A DNA stretch of 64,000 bases from Octopus vulgaris (GCA_951406725.2 OX597821.1:96472001-96536000), one strand, 5' to 3'. Counted from the stretch's first letter, positions 25,475-39,210 are shown. Numbers and translations are program-made. Notes: generated by a model not told the origin, from the letters alone.

Positions 25475-25863
25475 ACGTGGCTGTGTAGTAAGAAGCTTGC
25501 TTCACAACCACATGGTTCTGGGTTCAGTTCCACTGCATGTCAGCCTGGGCAAATGTCCCCTACTATAGCCTCGAGCCGTCTTGTGAGTGGGTGGAAACTG
25601 AAAGAAGCCCGTCGTATATATATATATACGTGTGTGTGTGTATGTGTGTGTGTTTTGTGTTTATATTCTCCCCCCGCCCAATATCGCTTGACAACCGATG
25701 TTGGCATGTTTATATTCCCGTAACTTAGAGGCTCAGCAAACGAGACCGATAGAATAAGTACTAGGTTTACAAAGAATATGTCCTAGGATAGATTTATTCG
25801 GCTAAAGCCCTTTAAGGCGGTGTTCCAGTATGGCCGCAATCAAATGACTGTAATAAGTAAAAA
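25475..25863 (+). mobile_element. SINE family C
   Basis: Head, internal (TA)(TG) and tail all recognisable. Confidence 0.85.
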
Positions 25864-25979
25864 TATAAACGAATACTATTGAAGCAAGTACACCATTTGA
25901 TTGCGGCCATGCTGGAGCACCGACTTAAAGGGCTTTAGTCGAATAAATCGACCCCAGGATTGTAGATGGCAAATGAAAA

Positions 25980-26190
25980 CAAAGATCACTGACTTTACAA
26001 TACAATATGACTACAAAGTGGATGTCAAGGAAATTGAGAAAACTGAGAAATATCAGGACCTAACCAGAGAGATAAAGAGATTGTGAAAGACTAAGAATTA
26101 TTCTTGATGCAATTGGTGAACTTTTGGTACTGAGGTAGCATCGGTGACATGCAAAAAAGTGCTATTTGATATTCTGTATGAATTCTAAAA
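25980..26190 (+). mobile_element. R4/Dong-like LINE fragment (restriction-like endonuclease C-terminus)
   Basis: ITDFTIQYDYKVDVKEIEKTEKYQDLTREIKRL* then IG and MQKSAI, resembling IDxxxP...KExEKxxKYxDLxxEIxRLW. Confidence 0.75.
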
Positions 26191-26603
26191 ATGATAATTC
26201 TATGTTGGAGAAGAGCAAAAGATTTGTTACCGAATGATACCTAGGCTGAACAGTCTGAGGAGGGATGTGTGGCAAATATTGGTGCAAAGAACATGAAACT
26301 AATGGCAAGGGAAAAAGTGCATGAATAATTGGCTGATAGGTGGAAACAGAAACCTCTGCATATCAAATATGTGGCCCGTAGCAAACAAGCTCGAAGATCG
26401 GGGTATCTCAGGGTCGATCTGGTACTCCTCTGCATTAAGATATTGCAGTTCCGATGCTATAGACATGTGATTAGAATGTCGCAAGATTGAATCTCAAGAA
26501 GACGAAGGAATATTAACAACAGCATCACTAGCAACAGTTGTGGCGGCAGCAGCACCAGCATCAGCATCAGCAGCAGTGCCAGCAGAAGCAGTAAAGCCAA
26601 CAA

Positions 26604-26681
<78 letters not shown>

Positions 26682-26899
26682 CAGCAGCAGCAGCAGTACC
26701 TGTCGTCGTCGTCGTAGTAGTAGTAGTAGTTGTAGTTGTTGTTGTTGTTGTTGTAGTAGCGTTTGCAGTGAATGAACGGGTAACACTGCTTCACTGAAGT
26801 ATTATATTTGCAAAGGGGTAATCTGATGGAATGGAAGTCTATTTACGTCTTTATTTGTCTCATTTTTGCTACGAAAGATTTTAGAATGTTTGAGCATCT

Positions 26900-28438
26900 A
26901 CCACATCACCTTAGGGTAGAAAAATATTGTCCTTGGACATTTTCTTTTCATAATTTATATTTGTGTAAACATTACCATAATCATAATTTAATATGGCTTC
27001 CTATCGAGAAGCAGTGAGATATGTTAGCCACATTCCCTATAGCAACGGAAACGCCCGTCGACAAAAATTTTCAAAAATAATTTATAGTTTTGTATAAACA
27101 GAGACACTAATTTGTAGGAGACAAACAGAAAATAGTGATACTTTAACAGACAGACACTTTTTGTAAACAAGCATTCATACATCAACATGCACAGGAGGCA
27201 AAAAAAGTAAACTTTATAAACAACAACAGTAATTCGTCGCTTGCAACCATTGTGAGTCAAAAAGAAATATTGAATGTAGCTCCCGGAAATGGATGTGAAA
27301 GAATAATATTTCAGGAAAGGCTGTGAAGCGTTAGGTGAAGGTATCAACAAGAAATGTGGGAGGAAGAAAGTAACACAACTGTGTTTTTCGAAGAGCAAGA
27401 GAGGCTGCTATACGCCCTCAAAAGAGCACTTACAGGGGGTCTTGGTCAATTTGTGATATGATCCATACTATACCAACTGGGGTTGGTTACGAATGGGTGC
27501 GTTTTCTCTTTATGTCTACGGACGAAGCACGAAAACATGCAGCCCTGGTGCTTTCCACGTCTATCTACACGCCAGTGCCGTGATATATAAAACGATGAAA
27601 CATAAGGGTTAGGGCCAAGGCAATGACGATGAGGAGAAGGAGGAGGAAGAGGAGGAGGAGAAGAAGGTAGTGGCGATGGCAGCGATAGTGATGATGAAGG
27701 TGATGACAGATGGATCTTACACTCGAGGCTAAACAAATTCATTCTGAGTACATCAAAATACTCAAGCTAAAGTACAAATAAACACACACACAAATGCACA
27801 CACAAACCTTTTAACGTATTTAAATTCAAAATGGGGCCAATAGAAGTTATATCGTCAATATGTACAAAACAATCACATGACCTACACTAGATTACTGTCT
27901 GGTTTCTAATCAGTTTCCGCACGAACAGCAAGAAGCTCTACAATATATCCAGAACAATGCGTTTCGAACTTCTGAAGGCATTAAATGTGACGTAATCATT
28001 ACACAGTTGCACAAAGAATCTCGCACGTATTCACCCACGAGGCATACATCTCAAATTGACATCTCACAAGTGAAATAGCTTTCATAAAAACCACAGCTCC
28101 TACAGCAATTAACTTTATTCATTAAGACAACGTAAACAAGCAACTGTTTTCATAGCAGAAGACATAAACATATAAACAACACAACACATTAGAAATGGGT
28201 ATAATATTCAGTTGACAGCGGTTCATCAACTTAAGGCTTGTCAGTCCGCCTCTTGGTCCCAGCATTCTCGATCCCCGGACGAAATTCCTGCTCATCGCTA
28301 TCGGGGCGGAGATGGCTATCCGCAAGTGCTAGCCCCGTGAGTGGGTTGTCCAACGTATTTCCCTCACCATCAACCAGGACAACACCGCAACGGACAAAGC
28401 GACAATAAAAACAAATAGGAGAAAGATTACAAGCCATT

Positions 28439-28493
<55 letters not shown>

Positions 28494-29070
28494 GTAAAGC
28501 ATACACATACATCCATACACAACACAAATGTTGCCAATGAACTACCTACACAACAAAATATCAAATCTTTTCTCACTATCATCAACATAAACGAAGAAAC
28601 ACTACCCAAGCAGATTCGAACATCAACAGCCCAATCCAGAACCAAGTGTTTAACTCTTCTTGCACCAAGTGTTTAATTCTTCGTATTTACGTTATATGAA
28701 CCGCAACAGTCTTTCGATAAATTTCCATCTCTGTCAAAAGTTCAAACTTGAGACAGTTCCCTTCTTTCAATGCACGCGCATATCTTTAGCACAAGTCCGG
28801 GCAAGGCTGTTTATGGAAGGCCAGTAGTCACCCATGCATACCATCCTCCCCTCTCCATGTCACTGATGTTATCCAAAGGAAAGGCAAAAGTCGACACAGC
28901 TTGGCGCCAGTGACGGTGCAACTCATTTCTACAGCTGAGTGAAATTAAGAGTCTTGCTCAAGAACACAACACTCAATCAGGTCCGGGAATTGGTCCCATT
29001 ACATCAGGATTGTGAGCACAATGCTCTAACCATTGAGCGATGCGTCTTCCTATATACATGTGTGTGTGTG

Positions 29071-29130
<60 letters not shown>

Positions 29131-29640
29131 TGTGTCATGGGAATCGAAACCAATAAAGGAACATCTGTTAGTCGTTCAACAAGACCAATACAAACAACAG
29201 CAAACATTTTTAAACCCTGCCATCTTCATAATAACACAGAACCATAAGAATTCCCCGTAACTTAGCTGTTCGGCAAAAGAAACCGATAGAATGAGTCCTG
29301 GGGTCGATTTACTCGACTAAAGGCGGTGCTCAAGCATGGCCGCAGTAAAATGACTGACAGAAGTAAAAAAGAGTAAAAGAGAGCCCTTCCACCTCGTGGG
29401 CTAATAAAACTGCTGAAATTCCATCTCTCTAAATTCTATTGTTTTTAAAAGGATATGGACGAATATAAGCGGTAACGGTGAAAGAAGGTCGACCCTATCG
29501 ATGTAACCCAAGGAATTTTCTCTATAAACTGTCAAAAACATTCAAAAATGTTTTGGCCACATACCACACATTCACATTGTATACTGGGTGGTCTTGCTTG
29601 TCGGGATTGACTAAGATATCATTTAATATGTATTCAATAG
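26900..29640 (-). pseudogene. Tandem PKD-domain repeat remnants (cluster 2)
   Basis: FTVTAYIRPYPF ~29482-29447. EGNCLKFE..RDG and GSYNV ~28765-28688. LIAVGAVVFMKA ~28113-28078. SGSYIQYFF..HNG ~27287-27246. GSHIKL/DYGN ~27001-26972 (cf. GSxVxYxWDFGDG). Confidence 0.5.
28790..29049 (-). mobile_element. tRNA-derived SINE, head B (CORE-like) + tail W
   Basis: Reverse complement of gtgttcttgagcaagac and gtagaaatgagttgc...ccttt..ttggataacatc, shared with 34095-34430. Confidence 0.7.
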
Positions 29641-29710
29641 TAATAAATCTTTGAGTAGGGGCTACCTAAAACTATTACGTTTCAAGGTATTCTCATTTAA
29701 CTATAAAACT

Positions 29711-29714
29711 GCCG

Positions 29715-29767
<53 letters not shown>

Positions 29768-29789
29768 GCTACTGCTACTGCTGCTGCTG

Positions 29790-29863
<74 letters not shown>

Positions 29864-29867
29864 GCTG

Positions 29868-29920
<53 letters not shown>

Positions 29921-29957
29921 GCTGCTACTGCTGTTGCTGCTGCTGCTGCTGCTACTA
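29711..29957. repeat. (CTA)n/(CTG)n compound microsatellite
   Basis: Direct reading. Confidence 0.97.
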
Positions 29958-31850
29958 AAAGGTCATATATTTTTCGGATAAAGACATTCTGTGAGATATT
30001 TTACTTCAAGAGTATAGTTTGTGAAGAGAAGTTTGGTTGAAAATGAAAAGAGAGCAGTCAGCACTTCGTTGAGAATTTATAATATTAACGAAACACCTGC
30101 AAAATGGTCTCCCGTAAGTGCTGAGACAGAATATAATATAGTAATCTTATACTAATCTTACTTTTCTTTAACTGCATATTTGATCATAATTGGTTTTGAA
30201 ATATTACCGGAATTAAATATGCAGTCTATCTTGAATAATGATACATAACTAGTCTGGTGAGATGAGTTGAAGGCATAATTTGATGTGCAAAAGTGAAGAA
30301 GAGAGCAAGATCGAATGAGATAGGGAAGAGGAGGATGCAGAACAGTGCATGAAAATAGGTAAACGTTTAGGTTTCTTTACATAAAATGATTTTACGACGT
30401 GTGGCGACAATGTGGTGTAGTAAGAATTGCAACAATGGGAAAAACGTAAGTGTAGTGTTTAACAAAAGGAACGGGAAGGTTTTGGTAAGATGAAATGGAA
30501 ACAGAAATGAAGTGTAAAATGGAAGGCACAATGAAAATATCAGTGAAGAGATTGGTTAATATGAAACGAAATAAAAAACTACGCAACATTAGTAACAAAT
30601 TTTATGGCGGTTATTTAGCCCCGATCAAGCAACCTGTTTTAATGGCATTGCTCGTCGTACATATAAACTTATGATCTGTTGAAGGCATAGTATCTCGGAA
30701 GATATTATCCAATGTGTCTATTTTAAACATGGTACTGTGTAGTTTGAGGGAGACTAGATTGCTATTTCTAGCATTTCAAGCAACTACGTAGGTCTCTCAC
30801 TTGATAAAGTTTTAAAAAATGTATAAAACGATGATTAACAGAAGGCGATATTTCGAGGCAAAATGAAAACGTGACAGCATGAGTAAAAGTGTGAAAAAGC
30901 CGACATCTTCAGATGAAAAGCCGAATAATAATGAGAACTATGAACGGAAGTTGGTCTGGCGAAATAAAAGGAAGACAGACAATGTGTGCAGTAATTTAAA
31001 TAGAAGATAGCATAGATAGATATTTTATTGGTCTGACAAAGATATCACAAGGCAATATAATTTACAAGAATGGATTCTAGATTTAAAAAGTATATATCTC
31101 TGCATTGTATGGTATTGATTTATTGTCTGAGAAAATCGGCATTCAACAGTTCAGTGCACCCAAATCTAAATAGATATGATAGTTTTATAGTTAAATGAGA
31201 ATACCCTGAAACGTATGATTGAGTCATTTCTTTTACAGAGTTGAATTCAATTTTATCTGTTGATGATCAATTTTAGAAGTTCAGACAGAATGGATCAGAA
31301 GTCCTGAGTACATTTCAGACTGTCAAAGACAGGAACTCTTCGAGGATTCTGAACTAATTTATACTACTAAATTACTAATAGTTTTTATTCTGTATAATGG
31401 ACCATTGTGAATTAAATTTTGGGGGGGTTGTGTTTGTTGCAGCTGAGAGTTTAAAGATTTTCTATTTGTTAGCATTTCCGTTTGTATATCTTTTACATAG
31501 AACTCTATATTTAAATAATAAGACATTACCGGGACCAAAAGTTAGGATTAAAAACTGGGGCCAGTAAAGGGGCGCCAGCAAGTCTTATAATGTTTGACTT
31601 AACTTCTTTTGCTTACGCATAAGTCTTTAAGAGTGCAACTTCAAACATAGTTCGCACTTTACATGTGATTGAATATTACGGAAAAACCATAACATAGTGG
31701 ACTTTAGATGTCCATGAAATGAGAGAAATGCATGTCATTAAGACAAAGAATTATTGGGTATTGTTAAATGATGAAAAACGATAACAGTCTGAGGTAAAAC
31801 TCAGGGGAAGGGGAGGGGTGCTTTACGGTTCCTTGGTATATGGAACTTCA

Positions 31851-32023
31851 GTGGAGGCGCGTGGCTTAGTGGTTAGGGTGTTAAGCAAAACACTTCATTT
31901 CACGTTCTCCAATCCTGCGATGGACCGGCGTCCCGTCCAGGTGGGGAATATATTTAAGCCATGGAAACCGAGAAACAAGTCCTTATGGGCCGGTATGACC
32001 CGAGACTGTAAATTTACCTTACC
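31851..32023 (+). mobile_element. SINE, head B (deleted) + tail Z (V-domain-like cctgcgatggaccggcgtcccgtccagg)
   Basis: Tail is shared with 44292-44570. Confidence 0.7.
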
Positions 32024-32154
32024 TTTACATGGAACTTCATATATGTCGGGGTGGGAGACTGCGATTAATTGGCACATGGGATCGAACGTATGTTGGGAAA
32101 GTATAGTAGAACATAAGTCGAGGAAGCTTAGAAGGTGATTCGTTGGTGTATGTG

Positions 32155-32420
32155 TGAGAGTGCGTGGCCTAGTGGTTAGGGCGTTACACTCACGATCGCA
32201 GGTTCGTGGCTTCGATTGCCGGACCGAGCGAAGCGTTGTATTCTTGAGTTTACACTGCTCTGCGATCACTTTGATATGTGACATGTGACATGTGGCACAT
32301 ATCGATTTAATGAAAGGAGTGAGATAATGTACAGCAGAAACACTTGATTACTATAAACAGATCATCTCTGCAGGTTGTTCAGCAAGAAATTGCAGAATCT
32401 TTTTCTCGAGACAACCAAAA
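32155..32420 (+). mobile_element. tRNA-derived SINE, head B, distinct tail
   Basis: gcgtggcctagtggttaggg ... ttcgattgcc ... ttgtattcttgag. Confidence 0.65.
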
Positions 32421-32547
32421 CAACGACAATAACGCTAGTATATATGGGCCGCACATGCTTTGAGGAAGGTTGGATTGTATTTGATTAGCATGTGGAGCCA
32501 TATATGTGTTAAAAAAGCGGTAGTAGTAGAGCAGTATGGTCTCCATT

Positions 32548-32734
32548 TTACCATTTTACACTCTCAGTTTTATTGTTATTTGTGGAGTGACGGGACATGT
32601 AGCCTCACACCTAGATCAAAGTATGTCAGAAGCGGGTTACAGGGAGCAAAAAGAGAGAACCATAGTTGTTAGCAAATAGGACGATGATAACATCTGGGAC
32701 TATGTAAATCTTCAGGATCTTCTTCCAATTTAAA
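32548..32734 (+). repeat. 187-bp dispersed duplication, copy 2
   Basis: Matches 16073-16259 with 2 substitutions. Confidence 0.95.
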
Positions 32735-33247
32735 TCCACAGTATATTGAACATATTTCATCAAACTGAGAGAGAGAGGATATTCAACAGGATTCAGAATA
32801 TTGAAAGATGAAATTTAAGAACGAAATATAAGTATTATTGTTTCTGTTACTCTAGTGTTTATATTCTTCTCATAAAATAGGTAACAGGCGTGGGAAAGTG
32901 GAGACAAACAGTGTTGTCTATTTTGCTAAAGCACTTTAATGAAGGACTCTTATGATAGAAGAGAAATGCAGTAATGGGAAGAGCTCGAAAAAATAGACAA
33001 TGTTTTACAATATCATGTTAAAAGGCTTGAGGATATGAAATGAGAACTGAAACATACTGTATTACGATTCTGAGAAAGACAAAAGGGTTTTGCGCAAATA
33101 AAATTGAACAGATATGTCACTGTGAAATAATGTGGGTACAAAAGAGGGTCCAGTATGAAGAGAAGATAGAAAACATTGTGTGATAATGTGGAAAGGAAAT
33201 TGGTACTATTGTGACGGTGGAATATGTGAGAAAATATTATATAGTAT

Positions 33248-33412
33248 AGGCGTAGGAGTGGCTATGTGGTAAGTAGCTTGCTAACCAACCACATGGTTCC
33301 GGGTTCAGTCCCACTGCGTGGCCCCTTGGGCAAGTGTCTTCTGCTATAGCCTCGGGCCGACCAAAGCCTTCTGAGTGGATTTGGTAGACGGAAACTGAAA
33401 GAACCTTGTCGT

Positions 33413-33456
<44 letters not shown>

Positions 33457-33663
33457 ATATGTTTGTGTGTCTGTGTTTGTCCCTCTAGCATTGCTTAACA
33501 ACCGATGCTGGTGTGTTTACCACCCCGTCAATAAGCGGTTCGGCAAAAGAGACCGATAGAATAAGTGCTGGGCTTACAAAGAATAAGTCCTGGGGTCAAT
33601 TTGCTCGACTAAAGGTGGTGCTCCAGCATGACCGCACTCAAATGACTGAAACAAGTAAAAGAG
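33248..33663 (+). mobile_element. SINE family C, full length
   Basis: Complete head, body, (TA)n(TG)n and tail; very similar to 40840-41280. Confidence 0.92.
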
Positions 33664-34094
33664 AGGTTGCGAAAATGAGAGAAAAATGTATTGTAGAGAT
33701 GGAAGATGCATTATAAAGACATCATTGAAGATGTGATAATAAGAGGAAGTGTCAATTAAAAGGAAACAATTGATATGCAAAACACTAGAGAGAAATTAAA
33801 AAATAACACATTGTAGTTCAATTTATGCAACACAAGTATCTCTATAGTAAAAGTCGTTATGAATACAATAGGCTTAACGTATGTGCTTGTTGAAAGAGCA
33901 GACGTTGCGACGTGTACGTGACATTATCAAGTCGCATCTATGGCGAGATGCATATCTGTCGCACTCGTGGTCATTTCTGGGGTGATTTCATTTTGTCCCA
34001 TTCTGAAATATATATATATATATTTTGACAAAATATGTCTATAAAGGGATCAGCTTCTAAATTTTCAACGAACATATGCGTTAGATATGTTATA

Positions 34095-34430
34095 CTGGCA
34101 CAGTGGTAAGATCATCGAGCTCACAATCACGAGATAGTGAGTTTGATTCTTGGATCGGGCTTTGTATTGTGTCCTTGAGCAAGACACTTTATTTCGCGTT
34201 GATCTAGTTCACTAATAAGTAGAAATGAGTTGCGATGTCACTGGTGAAAAGCTGTACTAGCCTTTCCCTTGGATAACATCGGTAGCCTGGAAAGGGCCTT
34301 TGCCTTTCCTTTGGATAACATCGGTGGCCTTTTATGCATGAGCATAAATAACGTCACCTTGACTTGTGCTTCGGAGGGAAACTTTCTAGGTGCAATCTCA
34401 TGGTCATTCGTGACCGAAATGGGTCTTATT
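34095..34430 (+). mobile_element. SINE, head B + tail W
   Basis: CORE-like segment gtgtccttgagcaagacacttt; tail shared with 28790-29049. Confidence 0.75.
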
Positions 34431-34654
34431 GATTAAAGTTTTACATTTTGAACTTTATATCGAATGCTGTGAAAGAAAATAATGACTATGAAGAGTTGAA
34501 AATTGTTAAATGGGATGGAGAACAATTACTCGTCATCTCTTATGACTGTGAAGAAGGTATGGCCAGGGAGAGGTCTCAACTGCGTCTAAACAGACATCAA
34601 TGAAACATTGGACGAAAATACTTATTGAGACAGGGGCACTGCTAATACACATGC

Positions 34655-34890
34655 TTCACTCCTGCTCCAGAGCGTCGGCTGCGGGGTCACTCCGAAAAGC
34701 TCTATCTGCGACGATTTCATCTCAATCGAAGGAGAGGGGCTTTCTCCGTCCAGGTTGCGGATCCATGGAATAAGCTGCCGGACGAGATAGTGAAGGTGCT
34801 GACGACCGCTCTTGATCAGAAATGGCCTGAACTCTTTGCATGAACACCCTCCCTGTACAAAACTCCATGTCCCCCTACATGGCCTTGCTT
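34655..34890 (+). mobile_element. CR1-clade LINE 3' fragment
   Basis: FTPAPERRLRGHSEKLYLRRFHLNRRRGAFSVQVADPWNKLPDEIV (RGHxxKL...FSxRVxxxWNxLP). Confidence 0.88.
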
Positions 34891-34951
34891 TGTATGCATG
34901 TATGTATGTATGTATGTATGTATGTATGTATGTATGTATGTACGTACGTAT

Positions 34952-35275
34952 ATGAAGGCGCGTGGCTTAGTGGTTAGGGCATTCGGCTCATGATCGTAAG
35001 GTCGTGAGTTCAATTCCCGACGGCGCGTTGTGTCTTTGAGCAAAACACTTTATTTCATGTTGCTCCAGTCCACTCAGCTGGTAAAAATGAGAAGAACCTG
35101 TATTTCAAATGGCCGGCCTTGTCACACTCTGTGTCACGCTGAATCTCCCTGAAAACTACGTTAAGGGTACACGTGTCTCTGGAGTGCTCAGCCACTTGCA
35201 CGTTAATTTCACGAGCAAGCTGTTCCGTCGATTGTATCAGCTGGGACCCTTGTCATCGTAACTGACGGAGTGCTC
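34952..35275 (+). mobile_element. SINE, head B + tail X
   Basis: The head differs from the 2160 copy, but the 3' half from cctgtatttcaa onward is shared. Confidence 0.88.
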
Positions 35276-35585
35276 TCATATGTATGTTCGTACGTATGTA
35301 TGTTTTTATTTACGTACATAATATCTGGCTCGACTTTCTGAATGTCATTGCTAATTTCAGAAGGAAAGTAATGGTTATTAGTTGTGCGGCCCACCTGATG
35401 ATAAACATGTTCCATACGATTAGCTTGATTATGAGCTATGTCTCATGTGGCTCCTTACTCCAAACAGGTTGGCCATTCCTGGTGTAATGGAAGCAGATTC
35501 TTCAAAATATTGCTGTTCAGTCATAACGCTGCTATGATGTGAATTCTCAGCTTGGACTGAATGAATAAGACAAACATAAATACAT

Positions 35586-35982
35586 TATGGCAATTATGGA
35601 AGCACTCCGTCGGTTAAGATGACGAGGGTTCCGGTTGATCCGAATCAACGGAACAGCCTGCTCGTGAAATTAACGTGTAAGCGGCTGAGCACTCCACAGA
35701 CACGTATACCCTTAACGTAGTTCTCGGGGATATTCAGCGTGACACAGAGAGTGACAAGGCCGGCCCTTTGAAATACAGGTACAACAGAAACAGGAAGTAA
35801 GAGTGAGAGAAAGTTGTGGTGAAAGAGTACAGCAGGGATCACCACCATCCCCTGCCGGAGCCTCGTGGAGCTTTAGGTGTTTTCGCTCAATAAACACTCA
35901 CAACGCCTTGTCTGGAAATCGAAACCGCGATCCTACGACCGCGAGTCCGCTGCCCTAACCACTGGGCCATTGCGCCTCCACC
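35586..35982 (-). mobile_element. SINE, head A + tail X
   Basis: Near-identical to 2160-2550, with TSD acataaatacat (35574-35585, 35983-35994). Confidence 0.92.
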
Positions 35983-36004
35983 ACATAAATACATACATAC
36001 ATAG

Positions 36005-36300
36005 TGATAATGATGGCTATCCACTCGAGATCGGGGAAGACTATGACTGACCACTGCCTATGCAAAATACCTGCAATGCTCGTGCATTAGGCTATAGCAC
36101 CTGCGACTAGGTTTATCCGAGTCCGCTTCCGCAGCTTCCATGCTCGCTGTAGAGCCCTCCTACTCGCTCGTTGATCGGGGAGTCTCCTCGCCGGTAATTG
36201 CACAACTTAAAATTTGATGTCCAATTAGATTTTCACAACACTTCACAGATCCTCTCCACCCTATTGCCATGATCCAGAAACGAACCAGGGCGAGATATCC
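36005..36300 (-). mobile_element. Possible degenerate RTE-like LINE 3' end
   Basis: Minus strand has a CGSGLG..SRRC-like remnant and a gtcatagtcttc..ctcgagtggatagccatcat terminus. Weak. Confidence 0.3.
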
Positions 36301-36601
36301 AGTACCAATATGGATTTCGGCATCAGGAATGTTTGTGTGCCATGATCTCAAGTGCAAGCAAATGATCTCCGGAATGTTCAATGCGATTCCCTGCATAACT
36401 GGTTTAACGGAATAATGACCTTCTCCTAGAGAAAATTAACACGTTAACAAAAGCTGAGGTACCTCATTCTCAATGGTCTTCCAGTACGCTGGACACCAGC
36501 CCGGAATAATAATAATAATAATAATAATGATAATAATAATAATAGGAGTCGGGAAGACACTCGGCAAGAAATGGAAGCAAATTTGAAAGAAGAAAAAAAA
36601 A

Positions 36602-36650
<49 letters not shown>

Positions 36651-36792
36651 TAATAATAATAATGATAATAATAATAATACAGAGAGAGGGGGAAAGGGAG
36701 AGAGAAAGAATTTTTCTTTTAGTTGTATCTGTTATAAGTTAGTGGACATGGTGCAGTACTGGCTCGAGGTGTTTAAACTGTTATGTCAACTG

Positions 36793-36845
<53 letters not shown>

Positions 36846-37300
36846 AGCTGTTTAAACTGTTATATATATATATATATGCTTGCATATTCATACACACACA
36901 CACACCTATATGAAAACATAACGGTATTTCTTGCATTCATCTCTTTTCACCAACGAACAGTACAACACCTACAATATTAGTCAGTACTGCATCTGGCGTC
37001 ACAGCAACACATCAAACGCTACACTCCTCGCTGCTATTCATATTTCCAATCAGGTTTATATCATGCCAACACGGAACATAGCTACTCGGATTTACCCTAG
37101 AGACTATCCTTATAACGTGCTATATGAATATTTGTCATAGGTATCTTTGTTATTTTCTGGTGATGACAACATTTTGTCTTTGAATATATATATACATACT
37201 TAAATAAATTCATATATTCAAACAATATGCAATTTCTACATACATCCCGCCACAATATATACGCATATATCTATACATGATATCTACGTACAAGCATATT

Positions 37301-37460
37301 TAAAATTATAAATTAGGGTATCTACGAGATAACACCATGCTGAAAATAGCACCCATGATCTGACTCTAAAACCACTTTAATTAAGGTGGTTTTAGAGTCA
37401 GATCATGGATGCTATTTTCAGCATGGTGGTATCTCGTAGATACCCTAATTTATAATTTTA
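37301..37460. repeat. 160-bp spacerless palindrome
   Basis: 80-bp arms centred on ttaa|ttaa (37380/37381), 3 mismatches. Confidence 0.97.
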
Positions 37461-37545
37461 ATAATTATTACCTTTGAAGGTTATTTTTTCCATGCTGGCC
37501 ACTTGATAAAATCGTTGTTTTATTTTAAATTAACGATTTTATGCT

Positions 37546-37594
<49 letters not shown>

Positions 37595-37598
<4 letters not shown>

Positions 37599-37650
37599 GG
37601 CGGTGCCCCAGCATGGCCACAGCTCGTGAGCTGAAACTAGATAAAATAAA

Positions 37651-37655
<5 letters not shown>
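37595..37655 (+). mobile_element. ~60-bp micro-retroinsertion in (TA)n
   Basis: atggcggtgccccagcatggccacagctcgtgagctgaaactag(ataaa)n. Inverted copies lie at 260-322 and 8808-8870. Confidence 0.8.
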
Positions 37656-37718
<63 letters not shown>

Positions 37719-39167
37719 GTATGCACACATATATAAGCCTACATATGTACACACATATATGTATAACCGGTGCCCCATAATGGCCGCCGCAGTCTAATGG
37801 TCGAAACAAGTAAAAGATAAAGGATATATTGATATCCTTACTTACACACGCACATGCGAACACAGACTCAGACACAGACACAGACACACACACATACGCA
37901 CACACAAACACACACACACGTCTGTGTGTGCGCGCGCGCGCCCGTGCACTCCTTCCACTTGGTGCATATCTTTGAATCTTATTGTACTTTGTATACTAAT
38001 GGGCATAAGTCATCACCACCATCACCGTCACCATCATCATCCTCATCTATTATCCTCCCCTCCGCCATCTCCTCATCGTCTTCCTCCTGCTCGTCCTCCC
38101 CATATCTGTTATCCCTCTCCTCCTCATAATCATCATCGCCTCTGTCATCATTATTATCATCATCATCATCATCATCATCATCACCGTCATATATCATTAC
38201 TATCATCCCACCACCACCACCACCATCAGCATGCGTTATCATCATCATAAATGTCATCTTTTTATCATTGACATACCTCTGTTTTTGTTGTTGTTGTTGT
38301 TGTTGTTGTTGTTGCTGTTGTCGATATTGTTATTGCTTGTTTTCATCGCTCCTACACCCACAAGACATGCAAGCTCGTGTGGTTTCTGTAGTTGGTGATG
38401 CTGCTGATTAGTGATGACGTCAACGACCAACCAAGTGCAAAAGCAATTACAACAACGATGAAAATATACGATAATGACGTCGACGACGATGACGCCTATG
38501 GCAATGATGATGACCATGGTGATGATGATGACGATAATGATAACGGTTCCTTAGCCTGGAGCGTGTGATAATGTCCTTTGCGCCTTAAAATACATAACTC
38601 ATGTACATACCCTTGTCCAAGGATAAGAACCCAAGTACTGTGAGGAAACATATAACATACAACCTAGGGTGCAAGCATCGTTATGTGGTAAAGATTTGTT
38701 TTTGCAAATACGTGGTTTCGAACTCGAGCTTACGAAACAGCACTTTTGGTAAAGTGTCTTCTACCAAAGCGTTGTGTGTTCTATTGTGCTGTGATAACTG
38801 TGTGGAGTTTCGTCGGAGGCACTCTTTCTGTGCTTAAGAGGAAGACTTAATTTGTTATCATCGGTTTCCATTCACAGAATTCATTTTGTTATCAGGATTA
38901 TTACTATCGATGTTTTCTGGACCACTGATTTGGTTCATTCCACCTGACTCGGTAGCCCTATAAAAGGGTCAGGAAAAAAGCCCTCCTCCCGTCACTAAGC
39001 ATTAAATAATATACTTAAAACTTGATCTGCAAGGGAAGAGTCGACACATCGCTGGGTTCTTCGTATACACATCTATACAATCATTAATTAGTACCAAATT
39101 TTATTGCTTTAATAAACTCGAGGTATCTCAACAGAAAATAGTTTGAAACATGACATAATTCTATAAA

Positions 39168-39210
<43 letters not shown>

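Noticed and set aside
27030-27300. Promoter with RFX-, ETS- and AP-1-like motifs
   Set aside because: Short motifs like these are expected by chance, and the region is better explained as PKD-repeat remnants.
28255-28335. HDV-like ribozyme
   Set aside because: P2- and P4-like pairings exist, but the P1/P3 spacing does not fit the fold.
31760-31800. C-type lectin start (DCYRF) of the PKD1-like gene
   Set aside because: A single short motif; the position is plausible but support is too weak to extend the feature.
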